From NCBI GenBank assembly GCA_964035575.1, contig OZ037846.1:1116001-1180000 (forward strand): a stretch of 64,000 bases of DNA, written 5' to 3'. This document shows positions 1 to 10,203 of the stretch, in pieces. The notes under the pieces were generated by a model. That model did no database searches. It saw only the letters and a list, made by a program, of their open reading frames with translations, and was not told the origin of the DNA. A program made the translations under genes and the position numbers. The stretch comes from Rhynchopus sp. YZ270_cl-10 (Eukaryota). Each line of letters starts with the position of its first letter. The first letter of the stretch is position 1.

Positions 1-2293
1 TTCGTGGGCATTCGGTGCACCCACCGGCCGAGCCCGTGGATCAGCGACTGGGGACACTTCACGTTCCTCCCGATGATGGTTGGGGGCGCTAACACCGGGT
101 ACTCTGGGAGCAACACTTATTCGATCTACAACCCGAACAGCAAGACCAGTGTGTGGAAGCCGTACCACTTTGCAACAGACCTGCCGTCCTCCGGCAACGA
201 GAACGGTGTGCTGCGTCTGGAGCTTGCACCAAGCAGCCACGCTGCCGTGACGCGTGTCGTGTACCCGACCGTGAGCAGGGTGCCGGCGGCAAACTACAAC
301 GAGTCGCGTGTCCTGCGCTGGAAGCTGCCCACGTACGAGGACACACTGAAGTTCGACACTGTAGGTGGCGTGCTGAGGGCGTCCGGCTACACGATGTCCG
401 AGAAGGACCCCTCCAACCAGCTCAAGACCTTCGTCGTGATTGAGGTGGAGACGGACGCAACGCTGTTCTCGACACACTTCAGCTCCGAGTTGGGTATGTC
501 TTTGGATGGGGGATCTATGGAGTATATCTTTGGTCTTTGCTGTGCGGATGTGTCTCAGGAGACTGAGGGCACATCGAATGGTGTTCTTGGTTGTGTGGTT
601 AAGGGTTAGTTTTTGTGCACTAACATACCACAGGTTAACTTCAAGCAATGTTGTCAACACACCCATCACAGGTTACGCGATCTACGACACGGACGGAGAT
701 GAGTTCATCATCAAGATGGCAACGTCGCTGATCTCTGAGGACCAGGCATGGCACAACCTGAAGTCGCAGGTCGGTTCGCTGACCTTCGACGAGGCACGTG
801 CCAAGGCAAAGGCAGAGTGGAACACCTTGCTCTCCCGTGTGGCAGTGACGCCGATTGCAGACGACGAGGACAACCTCAAGGTCTTCTACTCGTCGTTCTA
901 CCGTGCGTCGCAGTTCCCACGCTTCACGTCCGAGTACGACGTGCACGGGAAGGAAGTGCACTTCTCCACGTACGCGCCTGTCTCTGAGCGCAGGGCTGTG
1001 TACCGCAGTGGTGACCACAGCACGCTTGTCAAGGATGGACCGCTTGTCACAGACAGTGGCTTCTGGGATGCGTACCGCACTGTGTACCCGTGGCTGTCGG
1101 TCACACACACTGATGTGCTGGGACGCATGGTGCAGGGATGGGTGAACGCATATCAGGAGGGTGGCTGGCTGCCAAAGTGGGCGTCTCCTGGCTACAGGAA
1201 CAGCATGGTGAGCACGATGGGTGACTGCGTTCTGGCGGACGCGATTGTGAACGACATTGGCGGCTTCAACGTGTCTGGCGCCTACGACGCGATCAAGCAG
1301 GACGCCTTCAAGACCGACGACGGCGGCTCGGGCAGGGGCCGCGAGGCACTGTCTGCATACCTCGAGAAGGGCTACATCCCGCACGGCAACAGGGAGGACG
1401 TGTCTGTGTCGCTCAACTTCTACCTTGCAGACTACTCGATTGCGCAGGCCGCCATCAAGCTTGGCGACACAAAGACTGCCAACGAGCTTCTCGAGCGCTC
1501 TGCACAGTACCCATCACTGCTCCACGACGACGGGTTCATGCGTTCGCGCGACACGACAGGGAACTTCCTGACTGAGTTCGACCAGTACGCATGGGGCGAC
1601 TCGTACACAGAGTCTGGACCGTGGCAGTACCGTTTCTACGTCCCACACGACCCTAAGGGACTTGCTGTGGAGTACATGAAGCGTGGCATTGATATGTGCG
1701 AACGTCTGCAATACGCCATGACTGGGCCCGCCACTGCGCACACCGGAGGCTACAGCCAGATCATCCACGAGATGACTGAGATGACGGACATCTGCTGGGG
1801 CCAGTACGCACACGACAACCAACCCGTGCACCACATGCTGTACATGTTCGGAGGAATGTCCGACAGTCTGAACGACACCTGCGCACTGCGCGGACAGTAC
1901 TGGCTCCGCAAGGCCGTCACCGAGCTTTACCTCCCCTCGGTGGATATGTTCTCTGGTGATGAGGACAACGGTGAGATGGCGGCGTGGTACCTGCTCAGCT
2001 CGATTGGGCTGTACTGGCTTGCGCCTGGGTCGGGCAAGGTGAGCCTGGGTATGCCGCTGTTCCGTGAGGTCACCATCACACTCAACAACGGACGCAACCT
2101 CACTGTCACAAGCAACGAGCAGCGCAGCTCCTCCAAGACCATGTGGCACCGTGACGACGACGAGACCTTCCCTGCCGTGCACTACGTGAAGTTCAACAAC
2201 GAGTTTGTCTCTGGCACCACCATTGACTACCAGACACTCATGCTGGGAGGCAAGCTGCAGTTCTTCATCAAGCAGTACCAAAAGGACTGGTAG
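1..2293 (+). CDS. GH92 alpha-mannosidase (likely alpha-1,2), copy 1, 5'-truncated by the window edge; exons <1..493 and 672..2293
   Basis: Motifs THRPSPWISDWG, TDSGFWDAYRTVYP, GWLPKWASPG, YTESGPWQY, IIHEM, QYAHDNQP, GDEDNGEMAAW. Splicing GTATGT(494)...CACAG(671) joins the two ORFs in frame as SSELG-YAIYD. Confidence 0.9.
494..671 (+). other. GT-AG spliceosomal intron (178 nt) in GH92 copy 1
   Basis: GTATGT donor and ...acacacccatcacAG acceptor; removal restores the frame; same position as the intron in copy 2. Confidence 0.85.
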
Positions 2294-3983
2294 ACACAAC
2301 ATCAACAGCAGAAACGTGGTAGGTTATTGAAAAAAAAAACTATATACTGGGAGATGAGTTATTTTGATTCTTCCTATTTAACGGCGTTGCCAAAATTTTG
2401 TTAGCGTGTCTTTTATTCGTCTGTTTGTTTGCCTTTCCTTTTTTTGATTATTGTGCCAAAAAACCAGCGTAAACTGATGAGGATAAAACCCCCTGAACCT
2501 AGCGAACGACTTTTCTCGATTCAAAAAAAACCACCCCCCCTCGGTTTGGGGTCTCATCCGGGTAGTTGACCTGACAGAGTGATGGTGTGGGAAGACGTTG
2601 CAACATTCCACGAAATGGCGAAGGGTGTATAGCTGCCCTGTACGTTAGAATAACGTTGTGTCGATATGTTGCACCCCCCTTTTGGGTGTGATCCGTTTAT
2701 GTTATTATCGTACACCTATTTACTCACTGCTTCCTTCCGAGACCTTGACTGTCTATCCTTTTCTTTTATTTTTTTTTTTTTCCTTTTTGCTAAAACGATG
2801 TGTGGCGCGCCCAAGTCGGCTTACTCCCATCTTGTAGTTGCATGTAAAATATAACGACCCCACTCCTTTTTAAAGATGTACCTGTGCACACGTGAGCCAC
2901 CTACGTCTTTAAGTGTTCATCTATGAACACACTGTTTACGGGCTGTGTTGTATTTCGCGTCAATTTTTCTTTTGTTTCAATCATCCCGAGGGGAACATTT
3001 AAAAGCCGAATGTGTCTCACCCCCGGTACAGCCCGGTACATGCCGGTCATTGTACCAAGGTACACTGTTCGAGAGGGCTTTGTATTTCAAGTCTTCTTTA
3101 AAGTAAATTTTTTGATGTCCACCAACCTTTTTTAAAGCCAGGTTCCTGATTCTCGCGCAAATTGGGGGGGAGAAAATAAAATGGGGGAAAAGAGAACGCT
3201 CCCCGAAATGCTTCGCTTGAGGACTGGTATCGTGTTTACACTTTTAACCACCTGCGTTCTGTTATTTTTGAAAAAAGGTGTCTATGTGGGTCTACGTGTT
3301 GCGCGCGTGTTTTGTGTTGTGTTTTTGCAGTGTTTTCCCCCACTGATGCACAGCGAGAGGCTTAGGATCATCTTCCCAACTTCCCCCTCTCCCTTTCCTG
3401 TGTGAATTTCACTTCTATTTGATCAAAAAATAAAATAAAATATCCCCCTTTCCTATGGTCACTGCCTGATTTTTAGTGTGCACCATTTCATGGGTGCCCT
3501 ACCCCTGGTGTACCCACCCCCCCAGCTGGGTGACGATGGCGATTGTAAAAAAAAAAGAAAACAAAAAGAATACACGGGGTCAGAAATTCGACAGGGGGTG
3601 ACCAGCATTGAGGCCTTACATCGTGCTGGATGAAGAAAAAAATTTCCCCCCTTACCCCCTCTACCCTATTTTATAGTCTAGGGGCCGACACTACTTTTTT
3701 TTTTACCTTTCTTTTAGCGTTTTTGGTTGACATAATATTGTGATGCCTGATACCAGATGTAAAATTTCTACTTTATTTTTACGGTACACTGTTCACGAGA
3801 GGGCTGTGTATTTGAGGCATATGAAGGCAACTTTTACTTTGTCCACACTGGTACGGCATCAAAAAAACACCCCGTAGGGAATTCCTCGGATCAGTCCACT
3901 ATCAGTACACTACAATCAAGCTTTCAATAAAAGGGAAACCATCCCACTGCCTTGAGTGGTATGTACCCTGCTGATGTAGAACA

Positions 3984-4033
3984 CAAAAACAAAAACAAAA
4001 ACAAAAACAAAAACAAAAACAAAAACAAAAAAA
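3984..4033 (+). repeat. (AAAAAC)n microsatellite
   Basis: Directly visible, about 8 units. Confidence 0.9.
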
Positions 4034-4234
4034 CGTGATGATGAGGTGGTGACAGGGTCAAAGTACATTCACTACACTGCGCGGTATTCAATAAAGTGGG
4101 ATTTGGTACGATAAACCCAGGTTGCTAAAGACCGATTTGGTGTTTGATAACTCCTTTGGGGAATTATCGCAAATAGGTTCTTTTTAGCAATGTGGGATTG
4201 CAGTGGTTACCCTCCCCCAGGAGTCCACCCCCCT

Positions 4235-4965
4235 CAGTGCTGACGCTAAGGAAAAATCCGGTCATATATGACCAAAAAAAAAAAGGAAAAAAAAAGTCTG
4301 AAAATATGCCGGTCATATATGACCGGTCATATATGACCGGTATTGGGTGGGTGGGCAGGGTGGGGTAGGGGATGGTCGGAAGTCCCCCCCCAGTTGGCAC
4401 CTCACACGAGCCTCTGAGAGTGACCAGAAATGGCCTCATGAACAAAGTGACCCCGTCACAGCCAGAACGCGACTCAATTGGTCAAATGCCGAAGGAAAAG
4501 GAAGCAGGCAGCGTGGCGAAATAATAAAAGTAGCGTACCGTGCGCCTGCGGCGCAAGCTTATCGTAATTGCATGACACGGTACTGGGTACTGAGCCCAAA
4601 AGTGGACGACATCTAAAAATTTCCGCCTGCGGCGCGGCAGCCCTTGACCCATTTTCACCCTTTTCTTGTTCAGTCGGCAGGATCACTTGGCCCTTCACCA
4701 TACACTGATGTTAACCAAAAGCCAAGAACTTGTCCGTTTCGTCAAATTGACCCCACCACAGCGCGGACAGATTCCAAAAACCCCACAAACTAGCTTCTCC
4801 AGGTCTTTCGCGCGCGAAGCGCGCGAAAAATTTTTTTGACCACCTCACCCCCCCTAAGGTCAAAAAAACCGGTTCCTAAAAAAACCTCTGAAAAGGGCAT
4901 GAAAAAAAAAAAATCAAAAAAAAAAAAAAAAAATGACCGGCTAGCCGGCCTTAGCGTCAGCACTG
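4235..4965. mobile_element. Non-autonomous hAT-type TIR element (MITE)
   Basis: TIR CAGTGCTGACGCTAAGG / CCTTAGCGTCAGCACTG; 8-bp TSD ACCCCCCT at 4227-4234 and 4966-4973; subterminal ccggtcatatatgacc repeats. Confidence 0.9.
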
Positions 4966-6108
4966 ACCCCCCTCAAAAAAAAAAAAAAAAAAGAAAATAA
5001 AAAAAAAAAAAACACAATCCCCCCCGCCCCACAAACGTTCCCCTCAGATACAATTTCGTTTTTTTTTTTCCCCAGATGTCAACCCTAATGGCTGTAGGAC
5101 ATTGCATGGTTGGGGTGTGCACCGGGTCATGTTACCAAGGTACACTGTCGAGAGGGCTTTTGTATTTCAAGTCAAACTTTTATTTTTTGGGGCACATTTT
5201 TTTTTTTTTATGAGAGGTACTCAGGGGTGTCGCTAATTCGGGTCCAGGGTCCCGACTTTTTCAAAACCAAAAAAAAAATTTGCACCCCTAGTAAAATCTG
5301 TGTAGGAAAAAAAAAATTTGCACCTAATACAGGGTGGGTTTAATGTGTTAACAACTTGTTCTTTTTTTAAGTGAGAGGCCACCGTGAACTCGGTTGTGTC
5401 AGAACGTTCCAAAAACGAGGTTTTTGGGGGTCAGGGAAAATCACCAGGTGCCGCCCTCACCCCGCGAAGATTTATTTTTTTGGGTGGGATTTCCTTACCC
5501 TGCCTTACCCTTTTTTTTTGCAGACCAGGGTTTCCTTAGTAAAGGTACCATAGCGTGGTTTTGCGCACACATGTGACCCCACCGTGGAGAGCAATCGGCT
5601 CGCGCAATCAAAAGAACGCAGAGAAAAAGGAAAAGACAAAAAGACAAAAGCTGGGTACCGTGCGCCTGCGGTGCTACCGTTCTCAGTCAAGAACACCACA
5701 ATTTCATCTGAAGCTGTGTTTTCAGACTTGAACATGACCCTTGTTTACGAGAATTGGCAGTCTCGAAAAGTGCACAGGAATAAAAAAATGGTCAAAACTT
5801 AAATACCGAAAACTCGTCCATTTTTCCAAAATGACCCCATCACTTTCTGCAATTGCACCGCATCGGACGATGCAATCAACAAAAACGCCTCCCCTTTTTT
5901 CGTGATCTGGGAACATGCTTGCAAGGGTTTCCTTGCTAAAACCAGAGAATCTCATACTTCATAGTAAGGGTACTTTAGCGTATTTTAGCGCACACATGTG
6001 ACCCCACCGTGGAGAGCAATCGGCTCGCACAATCAAAAGAACGCAGAGAAAAGGGAAAAAGACAAAAGTTGGGTACCGTGCGCCTGCGGCGCTACCTACT
6101 GTTCTCAG

Positions 6109-7287
6109 CAGGGCGTTCGCTATCGCCATCGTTTTTTCCTGATCGTGGCGAAATGCCAAAAAACCCGAAATTTTTGCTTTTTTTACTAGTGCTTAAAATA
6201 GGTCAAAAAAAATTTTCCCGCCGGAGAGAAGCTAGTTCGTGGGGGTGAATCCCTGGTACTGAGTGGTCGAAAAAATTTGCGATTTGCGCGTGATCCCTTC
6301 CCCAGCACTAAAACCAGCAAAACGATGGAGAATTTCATCAATCCCCCCCTCACTGAGGGTCTCTTTGTGCTGTTTAATCAAACAGATGTACAAGAGAGAG
6401 GCATCTGTCATATGAGACTTCATCCTTTGATTATTTTCAATTAACTAAAACGTCTCTCTGCCGTTGAAGGTTGACACGAGTAGTGACACCTTCTATAACA
6501 GGGGGTACGGGACACCTTCAGCAGACTGCAAGATTGAGGAGCGAGCGGGAGTGCTGGGGAAACTTCCTTCACGGCAGGCGGGTTTGCGGATGATTTTGAG
6601 TACAGTGGACACTGTGGACACTCTGCGACCCCCCCCGAACGTACATGACGTAGCGCACATAACGTGCGTACGTAACGTACATAACGTAGCGTACGTAACG
6701 TACATGACGTAGCGTACATGACGTAGCGCACATAACGTACATGACGTAGCGTACATAACGTAGCGTACGTAACGTACATGACGTAGCGTACATGACGTAA
6801 CGTACATAACGTAGCGTACGTAACGTACATGACGTAGCGTACATAGCGTGCGTACGTTCATGCGGCCAGATTTGACGAAATTTAATGTGCCAAGAACTTG
6901 TCCAATTTTCGAAATTGACCCCACGGTGGAAAGATCAGTGATCCGAAAATGCAAATAACAGCACTTTTGGCCACATTCTCCACACGGGTGTAACATTCCC
7001 TGTACAAAAGGCTCACGACCCCTATTCGCAAAAGGGGACGTAGCGCGTAGCGCCACCCCAAAATCAGGGTCAATTTGCGAAGGTATGCCTCCGGGGGGGG
7101 TCGACAGGGTGGGGGGGAGAAATCTCTCTCTCATTTTTTTTTTCCCCCCTTTTTTTATTTATTTATTTATTTATACAGGGTTTCGCCCCGGTGGGGCGAA
7201 GCCCTGGGGCGAAATAAAATGTCATTTTTTCAGGAAAAGATTTTTTTAACGAAAAAAAATATTTTTCGCCCCGGGGCGAACGCCCTG
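6109..7287 (-). mobile_element. Nested hAT deletion derivative with a decayed transposase C-terminus
   Basis: TIR CAGGGCGTTCGC / GCGAACGCCCTG; 8-bp TSD GTTCTCAG (6101-6108, 7288-7295); minus-strand remnant ...STAERRFS...MKSHMTDASLLYICLIKQ resembles the hAT dimerization region; second copy at 62303-63047. Confidence 0.9.
6638..6858 (+). repeat. Minisatellite of ~14-bp units (GTACATGACGTAGC / GTACATAACGTAGC variants)
   Basis: Directly visible; absent from the copy of the same element at 62303-63047. Confidence 0.9.
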
Positions 7288-8268
7288 GTTCTCAGTAATG
7301 TCAAAAACACCACAATTTCATCTGAATTTGGGTTTTCAGACCTGAAAATGACCCATGTTTAAGAGTATGGGTTCATATTTTGTGAAAATTTAAGTCACTA
7401 AAAGTTTGTCCATTTTTCCGTATATCCCCCACCACAGCCTGGGATTGGCTCGGAAATGCCACAAAACACTGTTTTTTCGCCCCCTGGTAATGGAAAAAAA
7501 ATCCCCACGTAAAAAAAAAAATTTGCACCCCGATTTCAGATTTTTCAAAAATTTCCCCAAAATTAGCGACACCCCTGGAGGTACTGCCCTGTACACATCT
7601 CAGGGATGTCTGCAGGATAATATCAACTTCGCTTTGTTCATTTGCGGCTCTGGACACAACTTTTACTATTTTTTTTTTACTTCTCCCCTTAGATGCGGCG
7701 CCTGGACGGAATACCTTTTCGGGTTAAAGGGCAACTAAAGCATGGCGCTTAGGTTTTTTTGAAAGATTTTGCTTTTATTCTCGAGGTATTCCACTTGTAG
7801 TTTCTTTTTCCTTTGTGTATAAAAAAAAAGTGTGTCGAACCGCTGAGAGAGAGGCAACGGAGTTCAGCCCTTCTCCTGCCCTCTTCTTGTCTCGAATGTC
7901 CCATAGTCCCTGATACATGATCTTAAAACAGAACCCCACACCACCCCATTTTTTTTTTCTGGATATTTTTTGGGCATGGGCATGGGGGTGCTGCACAGTG
8001 CGTTTGGACGACCAATGGACTGTAGGGTGTGTGTCAGAGGCGTTTCAGTTCAGTCATTTCTATACTTCTGTACTTCATTGGTCTCGCTACGTAACCCCCT
8101 CTGACAATCACTCCCCCTGCCCCCCCTCCCCCGCCCCACCCCTGGCACCTTGGTTTCCCCTCCCCCCGCCCCCTGCCGCCTTGGTGTTTGTCAACCCCCC
8201 CCTACGTGGTGCGGCTTGTGAAGGGTCACTAGGAGTTCTTCCCCCCCGACACATATCGGCATCACAAA

Positions 8269-10167
8269 ATGTCTTCAAGCTTCGAGGAGCTGCTGAAGAA
8301 GGCCAAAGCCCTTAAGGCTAAGGCAAAATCCCCTCTCGTGCGCCAGAGGCTCCTCGAGATCTTGGGTTTACTCCTCGATCTCGCCTTTGACGACGAGGAC
8401 GCAGGCCCCGCCCCCGCCAAACGGCCAAGGTTGGAGCCGGCGCCAACCCCGCCCCCTACAACGAACATCACCAGCAACAGCACCAGCAACAACAACAACG
8501 ACGACGACAACGACAAGGGCATGGACGAGGCCGCCGCACCTACCTTACCGCCCAAAGCGAAAATGCAACAGAAGGAGAAGAAGAAGAAGAACGGCTGGCA
8601 GACCGTGAAGGGGCCGAAGAAGGGCACGCCCCATGCCACCAACGCGCAAAGACCGGCGGACGCTCCTACGCAGTCGCTCCTCCTACGCCAAGAGGACTGG
8701 GACATCCCGGTGAGGACGGCGCAGGACTTCGAAGACCCTACTCCACCTGCGAGTGGCGTGCTCCTCATCCCGAAGGACACCTCCGACGCCGGGCGGCACG
8801 AATGGGTTGAGCGTCTGAGGGGACTATCAGTGCTCGCCAAAAACAGCGGATTTGGGCTGGTATCATTCCGCCCACTGTCATCGAACCCGGAGCAGGAGCA
8901 GAAGCTGCCGATGCTCTTCAGCAAAGGCGGCGTGACGGTGTGCCGCGATGTGTACACGTGGTACACCGACGAGGTGAAGCCGAAGGTGAAGTTCGCCACC
9001 GTGGAGGTACAGGACTCCACCACAGTCATCCAGGCTGTGGTACGGAAGTCGGCCCTGAGCGCCGTTACGCAGAAGCTGCTGAACGACCTGAAGACGGCCG
9101 CCCCAGCTATGGCTGAGCTGGTGAAGAGAGCGACACTGCAGCTGGATGTGAAGACCCAACACAACAGGGTCTTCCACGTCACAACCTACAGTGACAGGAC
9201 CGAGGCGTCGGTACGCGTGCCGGTGGCGAAGAAGATGGAGCTACTGCGCAGTAGTGGGAGGTACGGGGTGTTCTGGCGGACCATCTCCTTTGTGAAAGGG
9301 GGATACCAGGAGCCCATCCTCTGGCTCAAGACCGAGGCGACGTTGAAGGAGGCCCTGCGGGTGCACGAGGTGGTGAAGAGCGACGGTGTAGTTTCGGCCG
9401 CCAAGCGGTATGGTTTGCGCATGGGCAGCGGTGACGACCTGGAGAGGTACCGGACGGCAGCAGGCAACTTGGCGTGCGAGCCCCGCGACACCTCGGGGTT
9501 GCTGTACGAAGTGCGTGGTGCCTCTCCCACAGAAGAGGCGGATGATGTGATGCGCTCGCTGCAGTCGTCGTGGCAGTGTGTCTCCCGCAAGTCGTACCGC
9601 ACGAAGGGGTCCCTGGTCCTCATTGTCGAGAGCGCGTCTGCCCCCCAGTGGCCGATCTTATGCAGGAGTAACAGGTCCTCTCTCCATATCACTGAGTGCA
9701 CCACGGACGCCTTGCGCCACAAGAAGAGCAAGGGCAAGACCTACGTTGGTGCAGTGAAGCGGCAGAAGGTGACCCTCTCGATGGAGGACTTCCCGGCGCT
9801 GAGCCCTGACCCCAGCAATGCGAGCAGGGGTGTGAAGCGTACTGCGACTGGTCAGCCTGCGCCTGCACCGACACCTGCAACAGCCGACGACCGCTCCCTC
9901 TTCAAGAGGGCGATAGACATGTTCTCCAGGTCCCCGGCCAGAGAGGAGATGGCTGAGGATGTGGAATTGCCTGATGCCGAATCTGAGGAGGGTGATAAGG
10001 AGGAGGTGCATGTGCATGCGTGGAACCAATCACACACAGTGGTGGTGCAGACAAAGGACGCCGCCTGCGCATGTTGTGCGACTAAAATTAAGCACAACCA
10101 CGGCGCCAACAAGTGCCCGGGTTGCGACGCGCTCATCTGTGCCACGTGCTTCGGCAACAGCCAGTGA
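8269..10167 (+). CDS. LINE ORF1 protein (632 aa): basic/low-complexity N-terminus, Cys-rich zinc-finger-like C-terminus
   Basis: Long ORF directly upstream of the APE-RT ORF; C-terminal H...CACC...CPGC...CATC. Confidence 0.75.
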   Translation: MSSSFEELLKKAKALKAKAKSPLVRQRLLEILGLLLDLAFDDEDAGPAPAKRPRLEPAPTPPPTTNITSNSTSNNNNDDDNDKGMDEAAAPTLPPKAKMQQKEKKKKNGWQTVKGPKKGTPHATNAQRPADAPTQSLLLRQEDWDIPVRTAQDFEDPTPPASGVLLIPKDTSDAGRHEWVERLRGLSVLAKNSGFGLVSFRPLSSNPEQEQKLPMLFSKGGVTVCRDVYTWYTDEVKPKVKFATVEVQDSTTVIQAVVRKSALSAVTQKLLNDLKTAAPAMAELVKRATLQLDVKTQHNRVFHVTTYSDRTEASVRVPVAKKMELLRSSGRYGVFWRTISFVKGGYQEPILWLKTEATLKEALRVHEVVKSDGVVSAAKRYGLRMGSGDDLERYRTAAGNLACEPRDTSGLLYEVRGASPTEEADDVMRSLQSSWQCVSRKSYRTKGSLVLIVESASAPQWPILCRSNRSSLHITECTTDALRHKKSKGKTYVGAVKRQKVTLSMEDFPALSPDPSNASRGVKRTATGQPAPAPTPATADDRSLFKRAIDMFSRSPAREEMAEDVELPDAESEEGDKEEVHVHAWNQSHTVVVQTKDAACACCATKIKHNHGANKCPGCDALICATCFGNSQ

Positions 10168-10203
10168 CTTGACCCCAAGCTCGTTAAGCATGTGACTACC
10201 ACC

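Larger units (their letters stand above)
5222..7577. mobile_element. Non-autonomous hAT-type element hosting a nested insertion
   Basis: TIR CAGGGGTGTCGCTAATT / AATTAGCGACACCCCTG; 8-bp TSD GAGGTACT at 5214-5221 and 7578-7585. Confidence 0.9.

Noticed and set aside
641..2305. Long antisense ORFs over the GH92, LINE and reductase genes
   Set aside because: Shadow frames produced by strong codon bias; no recognisable motifs.
6638..6858. CRISPR-like array
   Set aside because: Tandem units with no unique spacers, no cas genes, and a eukaryotic context.
8066..8200. Complete SL RNA gene
   Set aside because: Only 15 nt match, with no upstream SL 5' half and no GTATG donor or Sm-like site.
7690..8268. 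HDV-like ribozyme / Pr77 hallmark at the LINE 5' end
   Set aside because: The nested double pseudoknot could not be built by eye; a covariance-model search would be needed.
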